Source: Candidatus Cloacimonadales bacterium | Lineage (GTDB): Bacteria; Cloacimonadota; Cloacimonadia; Cloacimonadales; JAFGVF01 | Assembly: GCA_963662585.1 (NCBI GenBank) | Contig: OY759729.1 | Span: 1,784,234-1,848,233, forward strand | Reading direction: 5' to 3' | Length of the DNA: 64,000 nucleotides | Shown: piece after piece, positions 19,901-28,540 of the stretch | How the letters are laid out: each line of letters starts with the position of its first letter | Numbering within the stretch: position 1 is the stretch's first letter | The notes under the pieces: generated by a model | Databases searched by the model: none | What the model was told of the DNA's origin: nothing | Seen by the model: the letters and a program-made list of their open reading frames with translations, nothing else | Program-made: the position numbers and the translations under genes

Positions 19901-20893
19901 ATGAAACAAATGGTTAGAAATGTAAAAATTATTGGTACTGGGTCTTATGTACCAGAAAATATATATACAAATGAATATTTAGAGACATTGGTGGATACTA
20001 ATTCTGAATGGATTTATAAAACTCTAGGTATTAAAGAGAGAAGAATTGCCTCAAAAGATGAAGCAACTAGTGATTTAGCATGGAAGGCTGGAAATAGAGC
20101 AATTGAAAATGCTAGATTAACTGTTGACGATATCCAGTTAATAATTGTTGCTACCTCCACACCTGATAGATTAGCTCCTTCCACTGCAGCCTTTGTTCAA
20201 TACAAATTGCAGGCTTTTAATGCTGTTGCATTTGATATAGCTGCTGTGTGTTCAGGCTTCTTATACGGTATGTCTGTTGCTTCTCAATATGTAGCTTCAG
20301 GAGTTTATGATAATGTTCTTGTAATTGGTGCTGACACTTTTTCTAAAATAACTGATTGGACAAGAAGAGATAGTGTCTTTTTTGGTGATGGAGCTGGGGC
20401 GGCTGTAGTAACTCATTGTGATTCAGATTCAGGATTTCTGGCCTACAGATTATATACTGATAGTCGCGGGAGATACCATTTTACAGTACCTGCTGGTGGT
20501 TCTGAACAACCAGCAAGTAAAGAAACCGTAAAAAAAGGACTTCACTATTTTCAAATGGATGGAGGAGAGGTTTATAGAACAGCTACTCAAGTCTTACCTC
20601 AAGCAATTAATCAAGTTTTAGAAGATACAGGTTTAACAATTGATGATATTGACTTGATGATACCTCATCAACCAAGTATAGGAATTTTGAAAAAGACTGC
20701 CGAAATTATAGGACTTCCTTTTGAAAAAGTCATGACTTCAATGGATAGATATGCCAATACATCTGGTGGAACAGTTCCTATAATGTTAGATGAAGTTAAT
20801 AGAGCGGGAAAACTTAAACCTGGAATGAATATTCTTTTTGCAGCTGTTGGAAGTGGTTGGACCTATGGAGCTTCAATAATTAAGTGGGGATAG
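19901..20893 (+). CDS. KAS III (FabH-like) 3-oxoacyl synthase / acyltransferase
   Basis: 330 aa. Catalytic contexts AAVCSGF (Cys), IPHQPS (His), YANTSGG (Asn). Confidence 0.8.
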   Translation: MKQMVRNVKIIGTGSYVPENIYTNEYLETLVDTNSEWIYKTLGIKERRIASKDEATSDLAWKAGNRAIENARLTVDDIQLIIVATSTPDRLAPSTAAFVQYKLQAFNAVAFDIAAVCSGFLYGMSVASQYVASGVYDNVLVIGADTFSKITDWTRRDSVFFGDGAGAAVVTHCDSDSGFLAYRLYTDSRGRYHFTVPAGGSEQPASKETVKKGLHYFQMDGGEVYRTATQVLPQAINQVLEDTGLTIDDIDLMIPHQPSIGILKKTAEIIGLPFEKVMTSMDRYANTSGGTVPIMLDEVNRAGKLKPGMNILFAAVGSGWTYGASIIKWG

Positions 20894-20894
20894 G

Positions 20895-21575
20895 ATGATA
20901 ATTATTACTGGAGCATCTAAAGGGATTGGTAACTATTTAACAAAGAAATTTATGGAGGAGGGTGAAGAGGTTTTTGGTACCTATAATACCACTATTCCTA
21001 ATAACATAAATAATGAACTATTAACTAAAGTAGATGTTAGTGATTATTCTTCTGTTGAGAAATGGATTCATTCACTGACAAATAAAAAAAATTTAGTCTT
21101 AATTAATTGTGCAGGTATAAACTATAACTGCTTTGCTCATAAATGTGATATTGATAAGTGGGTTGAAGTTATTAATACAAATTTGATTGGTTCTTTTAAT
21201 ACTATTAGGTCTATTCTTCCCTATATGAGGCAAGAAAGCTTTGGTAGAATAATTAACTTCTCTTCTATTGTAGCACAAACAGGTGCAATGGGAGCTTCTG
21301 CTTATGGAGCTTCGAAAGCTGGTTTATGGGGACTTACTAAATCCTTAGCTAAAGAAAATGGGAATAAAAACATCACTATTAATAATTTGAATATTGGATA
21401 TTTTAATATTGGTATAATCTCTGAAGTTCCTGATAATTACCAAGATTACCTAAAAACACAAATACCATCAGCAAAATTTGGTGATCCTGAAGAGATATTT
21501 AAAATAGTTAAATACCTGATTGATAGTGAATATGTTAATGGAACTTCGATTGATATAAATGGTGGATTGTATTAA
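20895..21575 (+). CDS. Short-chain dehydrogenase/reductase (FabG-like)
   Basis: 226 aa. ITGASKGIG cofactor motif and YGASKAG (Y-x3-K). Confidence 0.75.
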   Translation: MIIITGASKGIGNYLTKKFMEEGEEVFGTYNTTIPNNINNELLTKVDVSDYSSVEKWIHSLTNKKNLVLINCAGINYNCFAHKCDIDKWVEVINTNLIGSFNTIRSILPYMRQESFGRIINFSSIVAQTGAMGASAYGASKAGLWGLTKSLAKENGNKNITINNLNIGYFNIGIISEVPDNYQDYLKTQIPSAKFGDPEEIFKIVKYLIDSEYVNGTSIDINGGLY

Positions 21576-22021
21576 GAACTTAAGATTTACCACTAAGTCA
21601 CAAAAGTCACTAAGAAGAAAGAATTTTTTAGCCACGAATGAACACAAATTAACACGAATAATTTAAGACAAGGTGAATAAGAATTTTTACCACAAAGGCA
21701 CAAAAGACACAAATAAAATGAAAAGAAGAATGTTGAATTGTTTAGGTGTTTAAAATTTTCAAAAAAAATAGTTATTGAAATCACCCCCTGTGTCCCCCTT
21801 GAGGCGTCGCACAAGGCTATGGAAGGGGATTTAAGAGATTTATTATGGAAGCAGGGACGCTTCCATTCCATAGGAATCACCCCTTGTGTCCCCCTCATGG
21901 AAGGGGATTTTAAGAGTTTAGGAATTAAGTTCTAGCCACAAATTAACACAAATAAGAAAAAACAATAAGAGTTTTATCAGTCTATTACTTTAAATTAAAG
22001 GATGATATTACAGGTAAAAAT
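21576..22021. repeat. Repeat-filled intergenic block: four left-type CCAC… arms plus an H1-H2-H1 hairpin triad (21779-21910)
   Basis: Arms TTACCACTAAGTCACAAAAGTCAC, TTAGCCACGAATGAACACAAATTAACACGAATAA, TTACCACAAAGGCACAAAAGACACAAATA and CTAGCCACAAATTAACACAAATAAG. Hairpins TGGAAGC-AGGGAC-GCTTCCA and ATCCCC…GGGGAT. Confidence 0.6.
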
Positions 22022-22444
22022 ATGCCAAACACAACAATAGACAAAATCAGAAAAGCCTTTAATGCAACTAAGAAGCCTGAAAAGATTAATGAATCTTTAG
22101 CAAAAGCTAAATCTATATTCGAGGAAAGTCTAAAAGAGCAATTTGTCAGGTGTGAAAAGATAGATTTCAATGATGTGGTTTTGTATGAGTATAAATCTTT
22201 TTCTAGTTCAGGATGTTATCTCTGTAATGAAAGTACTTTTGTTTTGTTGAATGTTAAAGCTCATCCTAATTTTGTGAATTACTGGAAGATTAAAACCGAT
22301 GGCCTGGCAGAAAAGATTGAGAATGCGATTGTGTTTTTTGAGAAAGGGAGTCATGGTGTGTCTGAAGTAGTGTTATCGAAGTATGAGATTGAGAAAAGAA
22401 GGGGCTTGCTGAAGCAAGAATTAAAAGATAAAAATGAAAAGTGA
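22022..22444 (+). CDS. Hypothetical protein (140 aa)
   Basis: ORF only, with no recognisable motif. Embedded between repeat blocks. Confidence 0.4.
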   Translation: MPNTTIDKIRKAFNATKKPEKINESLAKAKSIFEESLKEQFVRCEKIDFNDVVLYEYKSFSSSGCYLCNESTFVLLNVKAHPNFVNYWKIKTDGLAEKIENAIVFFEKGSHGVSEVVLSKYEIEKRRGLLKQELKDKNEK

Positions 22445-22687
22445 AAAGTTGTGGTATTGCCTTGCAATGATGATCTGAAGAAGAAAGAAGTTTTAGCCAC
22501 TAATGAACACAAATTAACACGAATAATTTAAGACAGGGTGTAATAGTGACGGGGAGACATAGAGACAAGGCGATTAAGAGATTTAATTATTTAAGAGTTT
22601 ATAAATTTAAAAATAAGAATAGAACACAGTATACTCAGAGTGGACAGATTAATAAGATAGAGTGACGGGGATTTTAAGAATTTTTAT

Positions 22688-22806
22688 GGAATCACCCCTG
22701 TATCCCCCTCATGGAAGGGGATTTTAAGAGTTTTATTATGGAAGCAGGGACGCTTCCATTCCATAGGAATCACCCACTGTGTCCCCCTCGTGGAAGGGGA
22801 TTTTAA
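22688..22806. repeat. H1-H2-H1 hairpin triad (second copy)
   Basis: ATCACCCCTGTATCCCCCTCATGGAAGGGGAT / TGGAAGCAGGGACGCTTCCATTCCATAGG / ATCACCCACTGTGTCCCCCTCGTGGAAGGGGAT. Nearly the same as 21779-21910. Confidence 0.7.
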
Positions 22807-22912
22807 AACTTTTTTCAACTTTTTTTTCAAAAGTGGACCATTTTCAGAAAAAGTGGGCCCTATAAGTATATGAAGGGTTAATAACCTTAATACTTAAAAA
22901 GGAGAAACCATT

Positions 22913-23281
22913 ATGAGTTTCCAAAAAAAAGAAAATTTAGTAGCAGTTAATGAAGAGTGTCCAGTGTTAGCAAAGGAAAGACAGAAGAAAAAAGAAGTGT
23001 GTGAATATTTAGCATTAGTCTCCAATTTATTATTACTTGTAGATGATTTCACAGAAGAATATCTAGCTGATATGAAACAATTAAGGTTTGAAGTAGAACA
23101 TTATTTATACAAAGGTATTAAAAATTTAGATCCTGATTTTCCTTGGGATGATCCTTTTTGCAAAGTAGGATCTGGAGAAACAAATAACGAAGATGTTCCT
23201 GAAGGGATGTATGAAATACTTAAAGAATATCTTGAAGAAGAAGAAATAATAGCTAATAAGCAATTAGCTTCTCCCTGTTAA
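22913..23281 (+). CDS. Hypothetical acidic protein (122 aa)
   Basis: ORF preceded by RBS AAAGGAG and followed by a strong terminator. No recognisable motif. Confidence 0.45.
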   Translation: MSFQKKENLVAVNEECPVLAKERQKKKEVCEYLALVSNLLLLVDDFTEEYLADMKQLRFEVEHYLYKGIKNLDPDFPWDDPFCKVGSGETNNEDVPEGMYEILKEYLEEEEIIANKQLASPC

Positions 23282-23345
23282 TACAATAGATTCTTAGTCT
23301 CAATGTCGTGGTTTATAAAATTTAATTAGTTTGGCCTCCTTTACA

Positions 23346-23382
23346 CTGCCGAATAAGTATTTCTTGTTCGGCAGTTTTTTTT
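23346..23382 (+). terminator. Rho-independent terminator
   Basis: CTGCCGAA-(13 nt loop)-TTCGGCAG followed by T8. Confidence 0.7.
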
Positions 23383-23420
23383 AATCTGAAAAGAACAAGA
23401 TCTTTCACACGAATTAACAC

Positions 23421-23888
23421 AAATTAAAGACGAATTTCACAAATTAAGAGAAAGAAAAGAAAAATCCTTAACACAGAGTTGTACAGAGGTTAAGAGGAGT
23501 TTCACAGAGTTTTGTAGGGTGCAAGTCATTATTCGCCATCTTAAATGAAGTTTTAACCACAAATGAACATTAATAATTAAGACAAAGTGATGGAGTGTCG
23601 GAGAGACAAGGAGAATAAGAGTTTTCACCACTTAGACACAAAGGCACTAAGAAGAGAAAGAATATAAAAGTGAAAAATGAAAAGTTAAAGAAGTTTTAGC
23701 CACGAATGAATACAAATTAAAGACGAATTTCACAAATTAAGAGAAAGAAAAGAAAAATCCTTAACACAGAGTTGTACAGAGGTTAAGAGGAGTTTCACAG
23801 AGTTTTGTAGGGTGCAAGTCATTATTCGCCCTCTTAAATGAAGTTTTAACCACAAATAAACACGAATAATTAAGACAAAGACTAAGTG
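23421..23888. repeat. Direct duplication of a ~175-bp segment (copies at ~23421 and ~23714, offset 293 bp)
   Basis: The first ~145 nt differ at 1 position. Each copy contains a left-type arm TCCTTAACACAGAGTTGTACAGAGGTTAAGAGGAGTTTCACAGAGTTT and a CCACAAAT… arm. Confidence 0.7.
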
Positions 23889-24021
23889 AAGGAGTGACGG
23901 AGAGAATTTTTATTACTAATTTGTTTTCATCATTAGTGGAATGTATTTTTTGTGTCTTAGTGTCTTTGTGGTGATAAATATTCTTGGACTCCCCTCTTAT
24001 GGAAAGGGGATTTATATGAAA

Positions 24022-24064
24022 AGACTGATTAATAGGTAAAAGCCTAATAATCAGTCTTTTTTTT
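24022..24064 (+). terminator. Candidate Rho-independent terminator
   Basis: AGACTGATTAATAGG-TAAAAG-CCTAATAATCAGTCT (one mismatch) followed by T8. It is not obvious which transcript it ends. Confidence 0.5.
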
Positions 24065-24136
24065 ATTGACAAGTTTATTGACTATAGAATAGTTAAGAAG
24101 AGAGGATTTAAGATAGAAGCGGAATATGATAATGAA

Positions 24137-24277
24137 GCACCCCCTGTGTCCCTCTTGAGGTGTCGCACAAGGCTATGCCCTCACAGGCTATGAGGGGAAT
24201 TTTAAGAGATTTATGGAAGCAGAGACGCTTTCATTCCATAGGAAACACCCCCTGTGTCCCCCTCGTAGAGGGGGATA
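24137..24277. repeat. H1-H2-H1 hairpin triad (third copy)
   Basis: CACCCCCTGTGTCCCTCTTGAGG…, TGGAAGCAGAGACGCTTTCATTCCATAGG, ACACCCCCTGTGTCCCCCTCGTAGAGGGGGAT. Lies directly upstream of the sugar transferase gene. Confidence 0.7.
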
Positions 24278-24302
24278 AATAAATTTGAGAGAAGGTAGTG
24301 TG

Positions 24303-25910
24303 ATGAAAAAGAAGGTTTGGTATCTTTTATATTTACTGTTGGATATAGGAATAGTTCTTTTTTCTTTTGCGGTAGTCGCATGGTTAAGGAACGGGACTCG
24401 TAAAGTCCTAGTTGTTTATGCTAGACCGGTGATAGGTTTATCTGTCGCATGGGTTATTGCTGGTTTAATCGGTGGGAAGTTCTCGATTAAGAATAAACCA
24501 AGGTTAAGATCCTTGTGGGCTTCGATTATTAAGAACGATGCAATGGCCATTGCGGTTGTTTTTGGGGCTATGATCTTCTTCCATAGGTTTGAGTATTCTC
24601 GCTATATTACTTTTGGAACTATCGGTTTAACTATTGTTATAGAATTAATTATTTTTGGATTGATGTATTTTTCTTTTAGATTTCATAAGGATAATCCTTC
24701 TTTTGCTAAAACTACCTTTATTACTAAGTCTAAAAAATTAGAGGAAGAGGGTTCTGCTTATGAGTTATCCAAGTTTGAATCTTCCGATAAGGTACCTGAA
24801 AGTCCTATTAAGATAGTGAAACATTATTGTTTGGAAGATAAAATTCAGAAGCAATCGATGAAGCAATTACTGAAAGATAAATTCCTCCATGATGAAGAGG
24901 AAATATTTGAATTTGTTAATAAATATCTTGATCTTGATTGTTTCTGCAAGGATAAGTCTATGGTGATTAACAGTCATGCACTTTATAATATTGAGAGCAT
25001 AGATTCCGGTTCACAAGCTCTGTTTATGAATCTACATAAAGCTAATAATTTTCGAAGAATCAATCAATATATCATTCAGGTAAATGAGAATCTTACTCAT
25101 GGTGGTGTTTTTGTTGGTTGTGTAGAAACAAAAAATCAAAGACGAAGACGCTTCATTAAGACTTATTCTGTTATTTTTGGTAATATTTTTTATTTTATAG
25201 ATTTTATTCTACGCCGAGTTTTTCCTAAACTTGCTCTTCTAAAAGGCTTATACTTCGCTATTACTAAAGGGAAAAACAGAGCTTTTAGTGAAACTGAAAT
25301 TTTAGGTAGACTCTACTTTTGTGGTTTTGAGCTATTAGCTAAGAGAGAGATTCATGGAATAAACTACTTTATTGCAATTAAGACTAAAGAACCCTCTCAA
25401 GATGAAAGTCCATCTTATGGTCCGATTATTCAGTTAAAACGCAAAGGGAAGAATGGTAAACTTCTCTATGTTAATAAATTTAGGACTATGCACCCTTATT
25501 CAGAATATCTTCAAGATTATGTTTATAAGACTTGTAGTCTGCAAGAGGGTGGTAAATTTAAAAATGATTTCCGGGTTACTCGTTGGGGAAAGGTATTCCG
25601 TAAATTATGGATTGATGAGCTTCCTCAATTTATTAACTTCTTTAAAGGTGAACTTAATTTAGTTGGTGTCAGAGCTCTTAGTGAACATTACTTTAGTCTT
25701 TATCCGGAAGATGTAAGAGTGCTTAGGGTTCAGGTTAAACCAGGCTTATTGCCTCCATTTTATGCAGATATGCCGAAGACATTTGAAGAGATTGTTGCTT
25801 CGGAGAAGAAGTATTTGTTGCAGAAGATAGAGAGACCGGTGTGGACGGATTTTAAGTATTTCTGGTTGGTATTATGGAATATAATCGTGAAACGAGCTCG
25901 AAGTAACTAA
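24303..25910 (+). CDS. Polyprenyl-phosphate sugar-phosphate transferase (WbaP/WcaJ-type initiating enzyme)
   Basis: ATG 24303 (MKKKVWYLL…). N-terminal TM helices. C-terminal bacterial sugar-transferase motifs KFRTM…DELPQFINFFKGELNLVGVRAL. Confidence 0.75.
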   Translation: MKKKVWYLLYLLLDIGIVLFSFAVVAWLRNGTRKVLVVYARPVIGLSVAWVIAGLIGGKFSIKNKPRLRSLWASIIKNDAMAIAVVFGAMIFFHRFEYSRYITFGTIGLTIVIELIIFGLMYFSFRFHKDNPSFAKTTFITKSKKLEEEGSAYELSKFESSDKVPESPIKIVKHYCLEDKIQKQSMKQLLKDKFLHDEEEIFEFVNKYLDLDCFCKDKSMVINSHALYNIESIDSGSQALFMNLHKANNFRRINQYIIQVNENLTHGGVFVGCVETKNQRRRRFIKTYSVIFGNIFYFIDFILRRVFPKLALLKGLYFAITKGKNRAFSETEILGRLYFCGFELLAKREIHGINYFIAIKTKEPSQDESPSYGPIIQLKRKGKNGKLLYVNKFRTMHPYSEYLQDYVYKTCSLQEGGKFKNDFRVTRWGKVFRKLWIDELPQFINFFKGELNLVGVRALSEHYFSLYPEDVRVLRVQVKPGLLPPFYADMPKTFEEIVASEKKYLLQKIERPVWTDFKYFWLVLWNIIVKRARSN

Positions 25911-25913
25911 GAG

Positions 25914-27065
25914 TCCTTAACACAGAGTTACACAGAGGTCACCACAGAGTTTAACGGAGTTTTAAGAGAGTTATTATTAATAAGAATGATAGATTAAAAA
26001 AGTAGCCAAGAATAAAGATGTCATTTGGAACAGAGACTGGATAAGCTTAAAATCAGAGTTGAAGAGAGTAAGAAGAAGATTCTTAATTCCTTTAATTTCT
26101 TGGATGGTGCAGTGTTAATGATGAAATTTAAATTTAGAAAAAGATCTTTACGTTACAGATGTAAAATACTGTGGGAAATCATGTTCTGTTGTATTGTATT
26201 AAACTCTGTGAAACTCCTCTTAAACCTCTGTGTAACTCTGTGTTAAAGGAAAATTATATTAAGTAAAAGGAGGTTGCTGGTATGTATGAAGAATTAACAG
26301 AAAGAATTTTAAACTGTGCTTATAAGGTACATAGTAAGCTTGGTGCTGGTATGTTAGAGTCTGTATATCAAAGATGTTTAAGTTACGAACTAACTAAAAA
26401 TGGTATAAAGAATGAAACAGAAAAAGCAATTCCATTAAAGTATGGAGATATGTTTATTGAAAATGCTTTTAAGATTGATATCTTAGTTGAAAATTGCGTA
26501 ATCTTAGAATTGAAATCTGTTGAAAAGTTTAATGAACTGCATCAATCTCAGATATTGAGTTATATGAAGACAGCTGAGAAAAAAGTAGGCTTGTTGATAA
26601 ATTTTAATGTGGGTAGTTTGAGGAATGGGATTAAAAGATATAGCTTGTAATTCCTTAATGTAGAGTGAAGAGAAGATCCTTAACACAGAGTTACACAGAG
26701 GTCATCACAGAGTTTCGCAGAGTTTAAGAGAGAAAGAAAGAAGATTCTTATTTTTTTTAATTTATTGGATGGAGAAGTGTTAGTGATGAAATATAAATAT
26801 AGAAAAAGATCTTTATGTTAGATTTGTAAAGTACTTTGCGAAATCATGTTTTGTTATATTATATTAATCTCTGTGAAACTCTGTGTTAAGGAAAAATAGT
26901 TTGAAAAGAATATCCTTGATACAAAGTTTGAAGATACTGGTTAATATAGAAAAGTTACCAAAATTTAGAGTTTAATTTATAAAAGTGAAGAAGAGCATAA
27001 TTTATTGTATTATATTAAACTCTGTGAAACTCTGTGGTGACCTCTGTGTAACTCTGTGTTAAGGA
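25914..27065. repeat. Nested inverted-repeat cassette 4 enclosing an intact GxxExxY gene
   Basis: Outer left arm 25914-25962. The reverse complement of 27017-27065 matches it at 47/49. Inner right arm 26201-26250, inner left arm 26677-25 (26677-26725, also 47/49 to the outer right arm), and a truncated right arm near 26866-26892. The ~150-bp cores at ~26085 and ~26745 are diverged copies of each other. Confidence 0.7.
26282..26650 (+). CDS. GxxExxY-family protein (PD-(D/E)XK nuclease-like superfamily)
   Basis: 122 aa. LGAGMLESVYQRCL (GxxExxY), DILVENCVILELKSV and SQILSYMK are typical of the family. RBS AAGGAGG upstream. Confidence 0.8.
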   Translation: MYEELTERILNCAYKVHSKLGAGMLESVYQRCLSYELTKNGIKNETEKAIPLKYGDMFIENAFKIDILVENCVILELKSVEKFNELHQSQILSYMKTAEKKVGLLINFNVGSLRNGIKRYSL

Positions 27066-27094
27066 AAAATAGTGAGTAAGTATTAGGAGAAAAG

Positions 27095-28150
27095 ATGAAG
27101 ATTTTAATAACAGGTACAGCCGGATTTATCGGCTTTCATTTAGCAAACAGGTTGCTCAAAGAGCAAGATGTTGAGATAGTAGGATTAGATGTAATTAATG
27201 ATTATTATGATTTGAGAGTAAAGTATGGTAGATTAGCTGAAGATGGTTTTCCTCTCCAGAACATTCGTTATGGCGAGATTATTCAGAGTGAGAAGCATGC
27301 TAACTACAGATTTATAAAATTAGATTTATGTGATAGAGCTAAACTCTACAAACTTTTTCAAAATGAGGAGTTTGATGTCGTAGTAAATTTGGCTGCACAG
27401 GCTGGAGTCCGCTATAGTATTACCAATCCTGATGCTTATTTAGAGAGTAATATTATTGGTTTCTTTAATATTTTAGAAGCATCGCGTCAGAATAAAATTA
27501 AGCATTTAGTTTATGCTAGTTCTTCTAGTGTTTATGGTTGGAACGACAAGCTTCCTTTCTGTACCACTGATAATGTGGATCATCCTATTTCACTTTATGC
27601 AGCCAGTAAGAAATCTAATGAATTATTAGCTCATTCTTATAGTGCTTTGTATGATATTCCTACAACAGGTCTAAGATTCTTTACAGTCTATGGTCCATGG
27701 GGCAGACCTGATATGGCTCTATTCCTTTTTGCCAAAGCAATTGCTGAAGGAAAGCCGATTGATGTCTTTAATCATGGTAAAATGAAACGCGACTTTACTT
27801 ACATTGATGATATTGTAGAAGGTATAAAACGCGTGATTTATCATCCTGCCCAGCCAATGCCAGGCTGGAGTGGTGAAAATCCTACTCCAGGAGCTTCAAA
27901 AGCACCATATAAGATCTATAACATAGGAAATAACGATACTGTATTGCTAATGGATTTCATCGAAGCTATTGAGGAAGAAATGGGCAAGAAAGCCATTAAG
28001 AATATGTTGCCACTTCAACCAGGGGATGTTCCTGCTTCTCATGCCGATGTTACTGATTTAGTTGAAGATCTAGGTTACAGACCTAATACTCCTATTAGGG
28101 AAGGGGTGAAGAAGTTTATTGAGTGGTACAAGAATTTCTACAGAATTTGA
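27095..28150 (+). CDS. UDP-glucuronate 4-epimerase (CapI/WbnF/LpsL-type NAD-dependent epimerase)
   Basis: 351 aa. ITGTAGFIGFHL, YAASKKSNE (Y-x3-K), FTVYGPWGRPDMA. Confidence 0.8.
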   Translation: MKILITGTAGFIGFHLANRLLKEQDVEIVGLDVINDYYDLRVKYGRLAEDGFPLQNIRYGEIIQSEKHANYRFIKLDLCDRAKLYKLFQNEEFDVVVNLAAQAGVRYSITNPDAYLESNIIGFFNILEASRQNKIKHLVYASSSSVYGWNDKLPFCTTDNVDHPISLYAASKKSNELLAHSYSALYDIPTTGLRFFTVYGPWGRPDMALFLFAKAIAEGKPIDVFNHGKMKRDFTYIDDIVEGIKRVIYHPAQPMPGWSGENPTPGASKAPYKIYNIGNNDTVLLMDFIEAIEEEMGKKAIKNMLPLQPGDVPASHADVTDLVEDLGYRPNTPIREGVKKFIEWYKNFYRI

Positions 28151-28540
28151 CGGAGAGACAAAGAGATGGAGATTTTTTTCGCCTGTGGCTCAAAGACGGG
28201 GAGACGGGGTGATGGAGAGAATGTAGGGGCAAAACATTTTTTGCCCAATGAATGATTAGAGATTCTGAAAAATGGACTTTTTCCAAGTCAGAAGATGGAG
28301 AGACAAAGAGATAGAGAGGGGAATTAAGCCACGAACTAAAGGTCCTTAACCCTATTTATAAAGATATAAAGATAGACAAAGAGAATGGAGCTTTGATTAA
28401 AGGTTTTCATTGAATACAAAGAATTATTAGAATGGAAAACAAGAAGATAATGATTTATGGAAAAGATGGATGTAAGAGTATTTTTCTTTCTCTCTATCAC
28501 TCCCTCTCTCCATCACTTTGTCTTTTTTTCAAGGAAATAT

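Noticed and set aside
21593-24072. ORFs 21593-21898(-), 21738-21935(+), 21985-22170(-), 23437-23631(-), 23761-24072(-)
   Set aside because: They are composed of arm and hairpin repeat sequence (or, for 21985-22170, antisense to the 22022 ORF). They are low-complexity, lack an RBS, and their boundaries follow repeat boundaries.
24066-24095. Promoter call at TTGACA…TATAGAAT upstream of the sugar transferase region
   Set aside because: The spacer between the -35-like and -10-like hexamers is only about 11-12 nt, which is incompatible with a standard sigma-70 promoter.
26025-26686. ORF 26025-26246(+) in the cassette core and ORF 26504-26686(-)
   Set aside because: The first ends in the right-arm repeat (…NSVKLLLNLCVTLC) and has a diverged non-coding copy at about 26745. 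The second is antisense to the well-supported GxxExxY gene.
101-28540. Longer 5' extensions offered by the ORF track (101, 10162, 13813, 24285, 28457; likewise 47063, 57113, 60960, 61872 further right)
   Set aside because: The extensions use TTG/GTG codons or run into repeat arms. Downstream ATGs have better RBS spacing, ATGA-type coupling to the previous gene, or match family N-termini.
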